A stretch of 64,000 bases of DNA from contig CAWAGQ010000008.1 of assembly GCA_963781585.1 (NCBI GenBank), positions 256,001 to 320,000 on the forward strand, in the 5' to 3' direction. Below, piece by piece: positions 30,603-40,122 of this stretch. A model generated the notes under the pieces. That model searched no databases and was not told the DNA's origin. It saw only the letters and a list, made by a program, of their open reading frames with translations. Position 1 is the stretch's first letter, and each line of letters starts with the position of its first letter. The stretch comes from an uncultured Gemmatimonadaceae bacterium. GTDB lineage: Bacteria; Gemmatimonadota; Gemmatimonadetes; Gemmatimonadales; Gemmatimonadaceae. Made by a program: the position numbers and the translations under genes.

Positions 30603-30623
30603 GGCGCCTCCAAGGCTTTTTAT

Positions 30624-30646
30624 GTAATTAACACCTTGCAACTAAT
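30624..30646 (-). promoter_or_regulatory. 23-bp imperfect palindrome ATTAGT-TG-CA-AGG-TG-TT-AATTAC overlapping a TATATT -10
   Basis: Same architecture as the site at 31557-31579. Confidence 0.55.
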
Positions 30647-30848
30647 ATAACGGGCCGCCACACAATCCAAGACGTCACTGGAATGAACCGCACGTGCCGA
30701 CCACGTTCCCCATGCAGGCAGTCTGAAGAGTCATCGTCACACCGGCGTCACGCACCTGCAACGGCTGCGCCTAGATACCACCGGCCACGAATCTCGTTCC
30801 TCTCCATCGCCAGCCTTCGTCGACCTTCGACTCACCCCCACGCCTCCC

Positions 30849-31547
30849 TCAGAGGAGGTCAAACCGAACACCTCGCGGTCGCCGACGGCGCCGGCGCCGG
30901 CGAGCTGCGTACCGAAACAGCTGCGCGGGCCTCCCACGCCCCTCACTTCTCCATTCGTCGGTCGGTTCCACCAGCCACGCGGCGTGCAGCGCCCGTCGGA
31001 AACTCGCCTTATGCACCGGCCGCCCTAGCAGCAGTTCGTACACCTGCTGCAGATCACTCAGCGTGAATCGGGCCGGAAGGAGTCGGAACGGAATCGGCTC
31101 GTAGTCCATCCGCTGACGCAGTGCATTCAGCGCGGCACGGACCATCGCGTCTTGGCGGGCACCAAGTCCAGGCACGTCCTCGCTGTCTCTCCAACCAGCG
31201 GAACGCGCGATTTGATGACTCGTCCCGGACGGTGTCACCGATACGAAACACACCGACAGCGATGCGCCGCTCGGATGGTTCGCGGTTTCCGCAAACGCCC
31301 CCACCTGCTCCATCCACAACGCGTCCAGTCCAGCGACAGCTCTGGTGATGCGCCGCGCAACGGCATCAAGCGCCTCATGGGCCTGCGGAACCGCCCATGG
31401 AATTTCTCGGGTCCTCCCGCGTCGGTCCGGCGCCTCAACGCACAGCACCCCGAGCTTCCCCAGATAGGGCGTCACGACCACGACGTCTACCGTGTACCAC
31501 GATTGGCGCCCAGGTGCACGATGCGAAAGAATAGGCCGGTCGCGCAT
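30849..31547 (-). CDS. NrtR-family regulator (degenerate Nudix domain plus winged HTH)
   Basis: TVDVVV, WMEQVGAF, FRLLPARFTLSDLQQVYELLLG, KASFRR, GRPAQLFRY; ATG 31547 lies just downstream of a predicted promoter (likely leaderless). Confidence 0.85.
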   Translation of the reverse strand: MRDRPILSHRAPGRQSWYTVDVVVVTPYLGKLGVLCVEAPDRRGRTREIPWAVPQAHEALDAVARRITRAVAGLDALWMEQVGAFAETANHPSGASLSVCFVSVTPSGTSHQIARSAGWRDSEDVPGLGARQDAMVRAALNALRQRMDYEPIPFRLLPARFTLSDLQQVYELLLGRPVHKASFRRALHAAWLVEPTDEWRSEGRGRPAQLFRYAARRRRRRRRPRGVRFDLL

Positions 31548-31554
31548 GACGCGC

Positions 31555-31584
31555 GAATTAGTCACAAACTGAAACTTATGTCAA
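31555..31584 (-). promoter_or_regulatory. Promoter TTGACA-N18-TAATTC with a 23-bp palindromic operator (31557-31579) across the spacer
   Basis: Plus strand reads ATTAGT-CA-CA-AAC-TG-AA-ACTTAT. Confidence 0.6.
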
Positions 31585-31675
31585 GCCCGCCATCCGCACG
31601 TTCTCCGGCCGATGGGCCGCGATTACCTCAGTCCCTCGCGCGCGGGATAGTATGGCGCACCACACCCGGCGTCAA

Positions 31676-33484
31676 TCACGGCGACGCACCTGCGCGCCTT
31701 GACCGTGTCAGCCCCGCACCCTTCGTCAGGTAGGGTGGAATCGAAACCGGAAGATGAGCGCTGATCGGTGTGATTCCGGTGAGTGCGCGCGCCGCCGCCC
31801 GCTGTGTAGCATTCATTCCCCCCCAAACTACCAGATACGTGGAAACGGACGGCGCCTGCGCCAGCAGGTACGGCGTGCCGAAGGAGATGAGAACCACCGG
31901 CAGTGCACGCGATTGAACCCGATCGAGCAGCAGGGCAAAGCTTCCCGGCGCGCTCGACGTTGCGGTGCTCGAACTGATGTTTACGTAACTCCCGACCACA
32001 ACAAGCTCCACGCTGTCCGCGATCGCCATCACGGAATCGAGATCCGGTGCGCCCTCATCGGCGTCGACGAACGCCGTTCGAACATTCGCTCCCTCTTGTC
32101 GCAGTTCGGCGTTGAAGACCACACCGGCGCCCAGATCACTGCGCCGGGCGTACGTGACCGACAGGACTCGACGAGGCCGGACCCCTCCCACGAGAGGCAC
32201 CAGACCCAGCGAGTCCTTCGCCAGGACCACTGCCCGCTCGGCTATACGGTTCGCCAGTGCAACGTGCCCCGAATCACCCACCACAGTCCGCACGCTGTCC
32301 ACGTCCACCAGACGCTTTCGCGGCAGCCCGAGCTTGGCCTTTATCGTCAGCAGACGACGAGCCGACTCGTCGATCCGGTTCGCGGTGTAGCGCCCCTCCT
32401 GCACGCCGGCTACAACCGCATCGATGGTGCCTCCGATATCGGAGGGCATCAGCAGCACATCAGCCCCCGCCGCAACCGCCCTTTTTGCGGCCTCGAAGGC
32501 TCCGAATTGCGCAACAACGCCGGCCATGTCCATTGCATCCGTTACCAGCAGTCCCTGAAACCCGAGTTCTTTGCGCAACAAGTCCGTCATGACGCGCGGC
32601 GAAAGCGTTGCCGGAACTCCGCTGGAATCCAGCGCCGGCAGATATCCGTGAAACGTCATGATTGCACCGACATGCGCGTCGATGGCAGCGCGGAAGGGAG
32701 TGAGCTCCACACTGTCGAGTCGCGCCCGGCTGGCGTTTACCACCGCGAGCGCGAGATGCGAATTCGTCTCCGTGTCGCCGTGGCCTGGGAAGTGCTTTCC
32801 CGTTGCGATAACGCCGTTGTCCTGCAACCCACGCACGTACGCGGAGCCGAGACGCGCCGTTACATGCGGATCTTCGGAGAAGGAGCGAGCCCCGATGACC
32901 GGGTTTGCCGGATTGTTGTTGACGTCGAGATCGGGGCCGAAGGCAATGTGGATCCCGAGCGCCCGAGCTTCCTGCGCGGTGGCGCTGGCCTCCTCGTACA
33001 CCAAAGCGGTATCGCCCACTGCGCCCAGCGCCATCTGCAGGGGAAACGTCGTGGCCCCACCCAGGTCGATAGCGTTCGGCACGAAGAACCCGCCGCGAGC
33101 GCGGAATCCTGCGCCGGTCTCGAGGTCCGCGCCAACGAGCAGCGGCAGCGGACTCGCCCGCTGCAGGGCATTGAGTTTCACCGCAATGTCGAGGGGTGAT
33201 CCGACCGAGATGATCACGCCGCCGACATGTTCCACTTCCATCAGTTGCGCGATACGCCGCCATTCAGTCGTACCCTGGGCAACGTAGTCTCCGAGAACCC
33301 AAGGCCACACCAGCTGCGCCACGCGGTCGCGGAGCGACAGCGTGGCGAGCACCGAATCTGCCCACACCGAGGCTGGCTCTGCCCTCTGAACGGCGCGGGG
33401 CGACTCGACACCCGCACCCGTCGCGCCCGGCCTTCTGCAGCCAATCATTGTCAATGCCGCAACCGGCACCAGGGCCCAGCGCAT
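31676..33484 (-). CDS. nagZ: GH3 beta-N-acetylglucosaminidase, lipoprotein
   Basis: KHFPGHGDTETNSH, ADLETG, TDAMDM; lipobox MIGC; alternative start 33532. Confidence 0.9.
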   Translation of the reverse strand: MRWALVPVAALTMIGCRRPGATGAGVESPRAVQRAEPASVWADSVLATLSLRDRVAQLVWPWVLGDYVAQGTTEWRRIAQLMEVEHVGGVIISVGSPLDIAVKLNALQRASPLPLLVGADLETGAGFRARGGFFVPNAIDLGGATTFPLQMALGAVGDTALVYEEASATAQEARALGIHIAFGPDLDVNNNPANPVIGARSFSEDPHVTARLGSAYVRGLQDNGVIATGKHFPGHGDTETNSHLALAVVNASRARLDSVELTPFRAAIDAHVGAIMTFHGYLPALDSSGVPATLSPRVMTDLLRKELGFQGLLVTDAMDMAGVVAQFGAFEAAKRAVAAGADVLLMPSDIGGTIDAVVAGVQEGRYTANRIDESARRLLTIKAKLGLPRKRLVDVDSVRTVVGDSGHVALANRIAERAVVLAKDSLGLVPLVGGVRPRRVLSVTYARRSDLGAGVVFNAELRQEGANVRTAFVDADEGAPDLDSVMAIADSVELVVVGSYVNISSSTATSSAPGSFALLLDRVQSRALPVVLISFGTPYLLAQAPSVSTYLVVWGGMNATQRAAARALTGITPISAHLPVSIPPYLTKGAGLTRSRRAGASP

Positions 33485-33532
33485 ATGCGAACCTCCGGTG
33501 CTCGAGGAACGGGCTTCAGTCATGCCCGGCAT

Positions 33533-33811
33533 TCACCAGCTGATGGTGCCCTTCTTGCTGGTGTCCACATCCTCCCCCGACCCACTCTTGAACAGGAAAG
33601 CCTGGAGGTTGCGTGTGAGAAAAGCCCGCGCTTGCGGATCCATGACATTGAGTCCGTAGTGATTGATCAGCATGGTCTGCTGACGCAACCAGTCTCCCCA
33701 ACATTGCTGACAGATCTCGGCCACGATGCGAACCCCTATCTGACCGGGGAAAGGCGGGCGCTCGAAGCCCGCGCGCGTTTGCCCACAATGCGAGCAAGTG
33801 ACTTCCGGCAT
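33533..33811 (-). CDS. yggX: Fe(II)-trafficking / oxidative damage protection protein
   Basis: PPFPGQIG, ICQQCWGDWLRQQTMLINHYGL. Confidence 0.92.
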   Translation of the reverse strand: MPEVTCSHCGQTRAGFERPPFPGQIGVRIVAEICQQCWGDWLRQQTMLINHYGLNVMDPQARAFLTRNLQAFLFKSGSGEDVDTSKKGTISW

Positions 33812-33870
33812 GCCAGCCTCTGTTCGTCAGCGAGACAATCAGTCCTGCGACCCTGCGCAAACAGCCAGTG

Positions 33871-34647
33871 TCAGGTCACCGGCTGCTGACGCCTCCGGCT
33901 CGATCCGGCGTGAAGTATCTCCGCGAGGCCCAGGACAGACAGCGCCCGGAGATACACCCAGCCCACATCGAATTCGAACCATCGGGCTGCGAAGCGCGCT
34001 GACCGGGGGTCGGCGTGGTGGTTGTTGTGCAGCTCCTCACCGCCCAGCCAGATGGCAATCGGAGCTATGTTCCGGCTCTCGTCCTTGAGCTGGAAGTTGC
34101 GGTATCCCACGGCATGGCCCACTCCGTTGATCACGCCCGCAGCCCAAAAAGGAATCCAGATCATCTGAACGCCCCAGACGACGCCCCCGATCAGTATTCC
34201 GAACAGGTACACGTCGGCGGCCAACATCACGATCACCCCAAGCCAGTTGAGCCGGGTAAACACATTCCGTTCGAGCCAGTCGTTGGGCGTTCCGCGACCG
34301 TACTTCTCTAGAATCCCCGGCTGGCGCACCGTGCGTCGATAGTAGAAAGCGCCCTTCAACACGATGTTGCGCAGGCCTTCGAGCAGAGGGCTGTGCGGGT
34401 CGCCTTCACGATCCGCGAATGCATGGTGCTTTCGATGGCACGCGACCCACTCCTTGGTCACGATGGCCGTCGTAAGCCACAGCCAGACCCGCATCGGTAC
34501 GGCAGCTAGCCATCGGAACCTTACTGCACGATGCGTCTGGGAACGATGCAGAAAAAGTGTAACGCACACGTTCGTGAGGTGACCCGCGATGACGATGAAG
34601 ACTACTGGCTTCCACCACGAGGTCGACCAGCTGCCAAACTCTGGCAT
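33871..34647 (-). CDS. desA: Delta-9-type fatty acid desaturase
   Basis: His boxes HRSQTH, HRKHH, HNNHH; GDPHSP. Confidence 0.9.
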   Translation of the reverse strand: MPEFGSWSTSWWKPVVFIVIAGHLTNVCVTLFLHRSQTHRAVRFRWLAAVPMRVWLWLTTAIVTKEWVACHRKHHAFADREGDPHSPLLEGLRNIVLKGAFYYRRTVRQPGILEKYGRGTPNDWLERNVFTRLNWLGVIVMLAADVYLFGILIGGVVWGVQMIWIPFWAAGVINGVGHAVGYRNFQLKDESRNIAPIAIWLGGEELHNNHHADPRSARFAARWFEFDVGWVYLRALSVLGLAEILHAGSSRRRQQPVT

Positions 34648-34821
34648 CCGTACTCCGCCGTCAGGGTCCGCTGCAATACTTCGTATCCCATTTCGCGCCT
34701 GGCAGAACGCGCCGCGGCCCGGACGGTGCAAGCCGTCCGGGCCGCAGGGTCATTAATCTACAGCCTACCCGTCTGACTGCCAACCTGGTGACCGCAACCC
34801 CGTGGACAGGAGGCCGGCTCA

Positions 34822-35082
34822 GCGCTGCTCCCAATCGGCGCATATGCGCCCCGGTGGTTCATGCGCGTGGTCCACATGACCCCCGAGGAGGCCGTGACGG
34901 CCTAGCAGGCGCTCACCAGTGCTCAGTCGACGCCGTGTGTTTCGCCCCCATTCACTGGGGTACGTTCAAGCTCGCCGACGATGCGCGAACCGCCGCAGCG
35001 GCTCCTTGCTGCCTGGGAAAGCGCACGGCTGTCGACGGAGTCGCTCTGGTTGCTCGCGCATGGCGAGACCCGGGCCGTCTAG
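34822..35082 (+). pseudogene. C-terminal remnant of a NAPE-PLD/RomA-like MBL-fold hydrolase
   Basis: ALLPIGAYAPRWFMRVVHMTPEEAVTA*, then APIHWGTFKLADD, then MREPPQRL...LAHGETRAV*, separated by frameshifts. Confidence 0.8.
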
Positions 35083-35162
35083 ACTCTGCTGGCGTTGAAC
35101 TCGGCAACGAGGCCGTCGCTCGACGGCTCGCAGATACGCCTGGGTGAAGGAGGCTCACGGAA

Positions 35163-36080
35163 TCACGCTTCTCCCATTCGGGCGCGCACGTCCCCTCGTG
35201 CCTCGCCGAATTGGCGCAACCACTTCTCACTTCGTGCGAACACCTCGTCCCTTCCATGGTCCACGGAGAGGACATGGCCACACCCCCTCAACCAGTGGAG
35301 TTCTTTGGTGGCGGCACCGAGGCGTTCGAATACGCTCTCCGCGTCCCGCTGCGAAATGCGATTGTCCTGCAGCGACTGAAGCATGAGGGTCGGCGCTCGT
35401 ACGGCCGGAGCCGCATCCCACGCCAAGTGCGTAATCTGTGACAATTCCCCCAGCAATCGTGGCGGTGTGAACCCGAACCCGAGCGAGTTGGCGCGCTCAA
35501 CCGGATCCCAGATCGATTCAGCACTCGCGGAGCGAACGTACGGCACGATCAACGACAGGAACCGGCTTCGCCGCGCGATGCGTGACACCTTGGGCATCAT
35601 AGTGAGATAGGGCGCCAGGAGCACGAGCGAGGGTAGCTCGGGCGCGCCCGCCGCAAGGAGCACGGCCAGCGCGCCGCCCATTGACTGGCCGACGACTGTC
35701 ACGACCGAGTGGGTCCGACGCAGTTCAGCATACGCCCATCGAGTCGCATTAATCCACGCCGCGGCGGTGCATGAAGCAAAGTCACGGAGAGACCGACCGT
35801 GCCCTGGAAGCAGAGGGGCGCGAACCGTCCAGCCGCGCTCATGAAGGAAGGAGCAAAGGCTCCGCACCGATTGCGGGGTGTCGCCAAACCCGTGGAGGAC
35901 GAGTACCGCGAACGGACCGCCCTCAAGCGTGATCGTCGCCGCCCCGTGTACAATTCCGTCCGCCGTCACGGGCAGCCGGGGCGCCACAAGTGCTTCCACC
36001 CGACGCGATGCGGCGGAGCGGAGCGCGACCACTGCGACGCCAACTCCTCCAGCTACCGCAACCGGCATCAGCAGGGACAT
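35163..36080 (-). CDS. Alpha/beta hydrolase (carboxylesterase/monoacylglycerol lipase-like)
   Basis: LHGFG, LLPGHG, GQSMGG, D and H triad residues. Confidence 0.9.
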   Translation of the reverse strand: MSLLMPVAVAGGVGVAVVALRSAASRRVEALVAPRLPVTADGIVHGAATITLEGGPFAVLVLHGFGDTPQSVRSLCSFLHERGWTVRAPLLPGHGRSLRDFASCTAAAWINATRWAYAELRRTHSVVTVVGQSMGGALAVLLAAGAPELPSLVLLAPYLTMMPKVSRIARRSRFLSLIVPYVRSASAESIWDPVERANSLGFGFTPPRLLGELSQITHLAWDAAPAVRAPTLMLQSLQDNRISQRDAESVFERLGAATKELHWLRGCGHVLSVDHGRDEVFARSEKWLRQFGEARGDVRARMGEA

Positions 36081-36238
36081 GGCCGGCCTACTCGCAACCT
36101 CGCTTCACTACACAACCTCCGGGCACCGCCGACGCTCCCGCAGAATCGTCTGACGAACTCGATCCGCGTTGCTCTGGACAGCCCAGCGGCCCGAAGCTTG
36201 CTTTACCGAACGGATAGCGGGCTCGACTGCACTATGGA

Positions 36239-38068
36239 ATGTCACCATCCTCCCCTGACGATCAACCGAGCAATTTCCTCTCCGTTGCCATTGTAGGGAA
36301 TGACGCACTAGTCGAAGCCCTCCCCGCACGACCAATCCAGTTCGCGCACGCCTGCCGCGCCATCGGGTTTGATGTGGTACTGCCGGGATCGTGGGGTGAT
36401 GAGCTTGTGGCTGTGGCAACACTCCGGGCTCTGGACGCGTGGGAAAACGCCCCCGTGGTATTCTGTGCGTGCCCGCATGTGCGGGACCGTCTGCTGTCGG
36501 GCGGTGCCGAGCTCGGTTCGCTGCTCATCGCTCCAGTTGCACCTCCCGTTGCAGCCGCACGATACGCGCGGGCGGCCTATTCAGGTCGCTCGCTCCACGT
36601 GACATATATCGGGGACTGTCCTGCCGCGAGCGCATCGGAATTCGACGCCCGGCACGAGACCAACGAGTTTCTGGCTCTATTGGGGTCGCGCGGCATTGAC
36701 CCGCTCGAACAACCGGCGGTGTTCGATGCCATCCTTCCGCCCGATCGCCGGCGGCACCTGTCCCTTCCGGGTGGGTGTCCATCGCCGGAGGCTCTCTGGC
36801 AGCGAGCGAACGAGCGCGTCTTGATCGGACTCGAAGGAGCGGACCTCATCCTGGATCTCGCTCAGCATCTCCTGACGCGGCAGCCCGTTCTCGTTGATCT
36901 CGCATCGGCTCTGGGCTGCGCCTGCAGCGGAGTAACTGGTACGACGCTTGGGCGGAGCGCGCGCGTCGCAGTCACGTCGCTCGAACCACCGGGATCCACC
37001 ACTCCAGTAATTGACCCCGACCTTCTGAAACCGTCCGAGCTTCTTGTTCAGGAGGACACGCCCTCTGTTGCTGACAGTCGATACCCTGTCTCAGATCGGG
37101 ATCCGACGGTGAGATCGAACTCCGAGGCTGGCGTTGGACAGACACCAGGTCAACAGGTCGGTGGCACCTGGATCCGATACAATCCGCCGCACCGCCCCAT
37201 CGCAATCACTCCGGTGGAGGCGCTGAATGCCGACGTGACAGAACCCGTTTCGCAGCGCACGCATGGAAGCGGGAGTCTTGCCGAGTCCACCGCACAGGGA
37301 GTGGGGCTCCACACAGACCTCGCTGTGACAGGGAGGGGCACCGCCCCCCCACTGGTATCGGACGCCCCGCGTCCGGCAGAGGAACGGGTCTTCTCCGCGC
37401 ACGTTGCGGCCCGCGACAGCGTTGTGCCATCAGCGCCGGGGCCGATCGAGTCGTCGCCGCCGGTCGACAAGCTCCTTGCGACGCCGTCGGGTGACCGAGG
37501 AGAACCCGCGGTGGTGCGATCGATCAGAGGGCGCGAAGGATCGATGCTACGGATCTCGACCACTGGTTTCCCGACAGTGCGCCCTGCTGATCCGTTCGTG
37601 AGTCGACTTCCCCGCGCCTATATGCGCCGCAGACCGGGGTCAGCCCAGCACCACGATGGACTTTCGCAGCCAGCACTTGAGACCGCACCACCGCGGGAAT
37701 CACCGGCTCTGGGCGGCGACGACCGTGAGATCTCCATGGCACCGGCAGTCGAGCCTTCTGCAACGGCCGTCTCGCCTCCCCCAAGGGAACCCGCTTCGTA
37801 CGGAGACCCTGAGGAAGCAAGGATCAACGGGACCGGGCACGCCACGGAGCGCCCAACGAGAGATAGGACACTGCACATGCGTGCCACGGGCCAAGTTGTC
37901 GACCCGCTTGGTGGGGCGCAGGCGCGCCTCCGGGCACGACTATCTGCGCGAGCGTCGAGGGAACCTGTGCGTGCCGGGCGTCGTGCGGTCTGGAAGACTC
38001 TCGTGATTGTCGCCGGCGCGTTGCTGCTGATACTGCTCGTCGGGACCTTGTGGGAGTTCCTCGGCTGA
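36239..38068 (+). CDS. Hypothetical protein: N-terminal [FeFe]-hydrogenase-large-subunit-like domain, disordered linker, C-terminal TM anchor
   Basis: FCACP, IAPVAPPVAAARYAR, VTYIGDCPA, LGCACSG; Pro/Ser-rich middle; terminal hydrophobic helix. Confidence 0.6.
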   Translation: MSPSSPDDQPSNFLSVAIVGNDALVEALPARPIQFAHACRAIGFDVVLPGSWGDELVAVATLRALDAWENAPVVFCACPHVRDRLLSGGAELGSLLIAPVAPPVAAARYARAAYSGRSLHVTYIGDCPAASASEFDARHETNEFLALLGSRGIDPLEQPAVFDAILPPDRRRHLSLPGGCPSPEALWQRANERVLIGLEGADLILDLAQHLLTRQPVLVDLASALGCACSGVTGTTLGRSARVAVTSLEPPGSTTPVIDPDLLKPSELLVQEDTPSVADSRYPVSDRDPTVRSNSEAGVGQTPGQQVGGTWIRYNPPHRPIAITPVEALNADVTEPVSQRTHGSGSLAESTAQGVGLHTDLAVTGRGTAPPLVSDAPRPAEERVFSAHVAARDSVVPSAPGPIESSPPVDKLLATPSGDRGEPAVVRSIRGREGSMLRISTTGFPTVRPADPFVSRLPRAYMRRRPGSAQHHDGLSQPALETAPPRESPALGGDDREISMAPAVEPSATAVSPPPREPASYGDPEEARINGTGHATERPTRDRTLHMRATGQVVDPLGGAQARLRARLSARASREPVRAGRRAVWKTLVIVAGALLLILLVGTLWEFLG

Positions 38069-38189
38069 CGATCGATCAGTTGCCGTGCCAGGTTCGGTTG
38101 GGGCGTTGAGTCGAACCAGTTCGAACATCCCCGTGTCGCCGATGCACGGGGCGCGACGCGGCATGATCGCCAGCGTTCGGCTCATGGCG

Positions 38190-38855
38190 TCAGAGCCATG
38201 TCGAAATATCGTCCAGCGCCTTCCGTGAGATGTCTGGGACCATCGCGCCAGCAGCAGGATAGCCCACGGCGAGAATCAGGTACGCCTTCTCGTTAGGTGG
38301 CCTTTCGAGCAGCTCGGCGAGAAAACCCATCGGATTGGGGGTATGGGTCAGAGACACCAATCCCATGTGATGCACCGCCGCAACGAAGAGTCCCACCGCG
38401 ATCCCGACCGACTCCTGCGTATAGTAGTATGCCCGCTTCGAGCCATCGGCGTTCAGGCCATAAGTCTGTCGGAAGACAACCACCAGCCACGGTGCATCAG
38501 TGAGGTGCGGCTTCTGCTCATCGGTCCCGAGCGGTTCCAGTGCAGCGAGCCAGTCCTCAGGCATTCGGCCGTGGTAGTTCTTGAACTCCTCGATCTCCGC
38601 CGCTTCGCGAATCTGCTGCTTGACGTCGGCGTCCGAGATGGCGACGAATGTCCATGGCTGCTGATGCGCACCACTCGGTGCGGTACCAGCGGTATGCATG
38701 GCATAGCCGATGGCGTCCTTCGGTACTGCGGTTGTAGCGAAGTGCCGCGTGGTCCGCCGCGCATTCATTTCCGCGTAGAACTCCTGCGCCCGCTGAAGTG
38801 TCTCGTTGAGCGGGCGCTTCGTGAATTCCAGCGGTTTGAACGGATATGCAGTCAT
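38190..38855 (-). CDS. Nitroreductase family, iodotyrosine-deiodinase-like
   Basis: RRTTRHF, AGTAPSGAHQQPW, EEFKNY...W...LGTDEQKP, LTHTPNPM. Confidence 0.85.
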   Translation of the reverse strand: MTAYPFKPLEFTKRPLNETLQRAQEFYAEMNARRTTRHFATTAVPKDAIGYAMHTAGTAPSGAHQQPWTFVAISDADVKQQIREAAEIEEFKNYHGRMPEDWLAALEPLGTDEQKPHLTDAPWLVVVFRQTYGLNADGSKRAYYYTQESVGIAVGLFVAAVHHMGLVSLTHTPNPMGFLAELLERPPNEKAYLILAVGYPAAGAMVPDISRKALDDISTWL

Positions 38856-38928
38856 GTTCCCCCGCCATCGCCGGTAGCCGAACTTACGGCACCGGGTGCG
38901 CAATGGGAACCACGGCGGTGCCTGCCCT

Positions 38929-40119
38929 TTAACCTAACGCGGCTGCGAACCGACCAAGGCCCTCCGCGAGGTCACCCCTGGTCGCGACAAGCGGCGGCAG
39001 CAGGCGGATCGTATGGTTGCCGGCCGAAACCAGCAGGAGGCCCTCGTCACGCGCGCGCGCGATAATATCGGCGGCCGGCTCGTTCACGTCCACGCCCCAG
39101 ATGTATCCGATGCCGCGAACAGCGCGAATCCGTCCCGAGCGATCGGAGAGGGCGCGGAGTTCGCTGCCAAGCCACTCTCCGCTGGCCCGCACCCGAGCCA
39201 GGAATGCGGGATCTGCGATCCGGCCGATGACGTGCAGCGCGATGCTCGAGACAAACGGCCCACCGCCAAATGTCGTCCCGTGATCGCCCGGCTGCATGGC
39301 AGCTGCGATCTCGTCAGTCATGAGGATCGCGCCCATTGGCAGGCCACCGGCGATCGGCTTCGCCAGTGTCAGCACGTCCGGTTCCACGTTAGGGCCCTGA
39401 TACGCGAACAGCGTTCCCGTACGTCCCAGACCACACTGAATCTCGTCAAAAATGAGCGCGACCTGACGCGCGCGCGTCAACGCTCGGAGTTCACGGAGGA
39501 ATCCTCGGTCGATCACCCGCACACCACCCTCTCCTTGCACCGGTTCCACAACAAGACCCGCAGTATTCTCACTGTCGACAATGGACTCAATTTCCTCCAG
39601 GTCCCGTTCGGCGACTGAAATCCCGCCCGCGAGTGGCCGGAACGGTGCGCGATACGCTGGCCGATCCGTCGCCGCAAGCGTGGCGAACAATCGCCCATGG
39701 AATGCACCGCGCAGCGCTATGATCTCATGCTTGGCGGCACCTCCTCCTTGAGTGCGGGCCCATTTGCGGACGAACTTGAAAGCCCCCTCGTTCGCCTCAG
39801 CACCTGAGTTGCAGAAGAACACCTTTGAGGCGAACGACAACTCGACCAGGCGCTCGGCCAGCCGTTCACCTGGCGCCGTGCGAAAGAGATTGGACACGTG
39901 GACCAGGTTGTCTGCAGCCGTATGCAATGCCTCCTGGAGACCATGATCAGAGTAGCCAAGCGCATTGACAGCAATGCCGCTCGTGAAGTCGATATACGAC
40001 TTCCCGTCTGCGTCGTACAGCGTCACCCCCTCCCCGCCGACGATCTCCATGGGTGGACGCTTGTAGATGGGGAGCAGGGCGTCGGACGCCGGCGGTGCCG
40101 AAGTGGACTGGGATGTCAT
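38929..40119 (-). CDS. argD: Acetylornithine aminotransferase
   Basis: NSGAEANE, FHGR, EPVQGEGG, DEIQCGLGRTG, LAKP; arg cluster context. Confidence 0.93.
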   Translation of the reverse strand: MTSQSTSAPPASDALLPIYKRPPMEIVGGEGVTLYDADGKSYIDFTSGIAVNALGYSDHGLQEALHTAADNLVHVSNLFRTAPGERLAERLVELSFASKVFFCNSGAEANEGAFKFVRKWARTQGGGAAKHEIIALRGAFHGRLFATLAATDRPAYRAPFRPLAGGISVAERDLEEIESIVDSENTAGLVVEPVQGEGGVRVIDRGFLRELRALTRARQVALIFDEIQCGLGRTGTLFAYQGPNVEPDVLTLAKPIAGGLPMGAILMTDEIAAAMQPGDHGTTFGGGPFVSSIALHVIGRIADPAFLARVRASGEWLGSELRALSDRSGRIRAVRGIGYIWGVDVNEPAADIIARARDEGLLLVSAGNHTIRLLPPLVATRGDLAEGLGRFAAALG

Positions 40120-40122
40120 GGT

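Noticed and set aside
34883..34905. Pyrrolysine or stop readthrough at the in-frame TAG
   Set aside because: The same fragment also has frameshifts and lacks its N-terminus, so it is decay.
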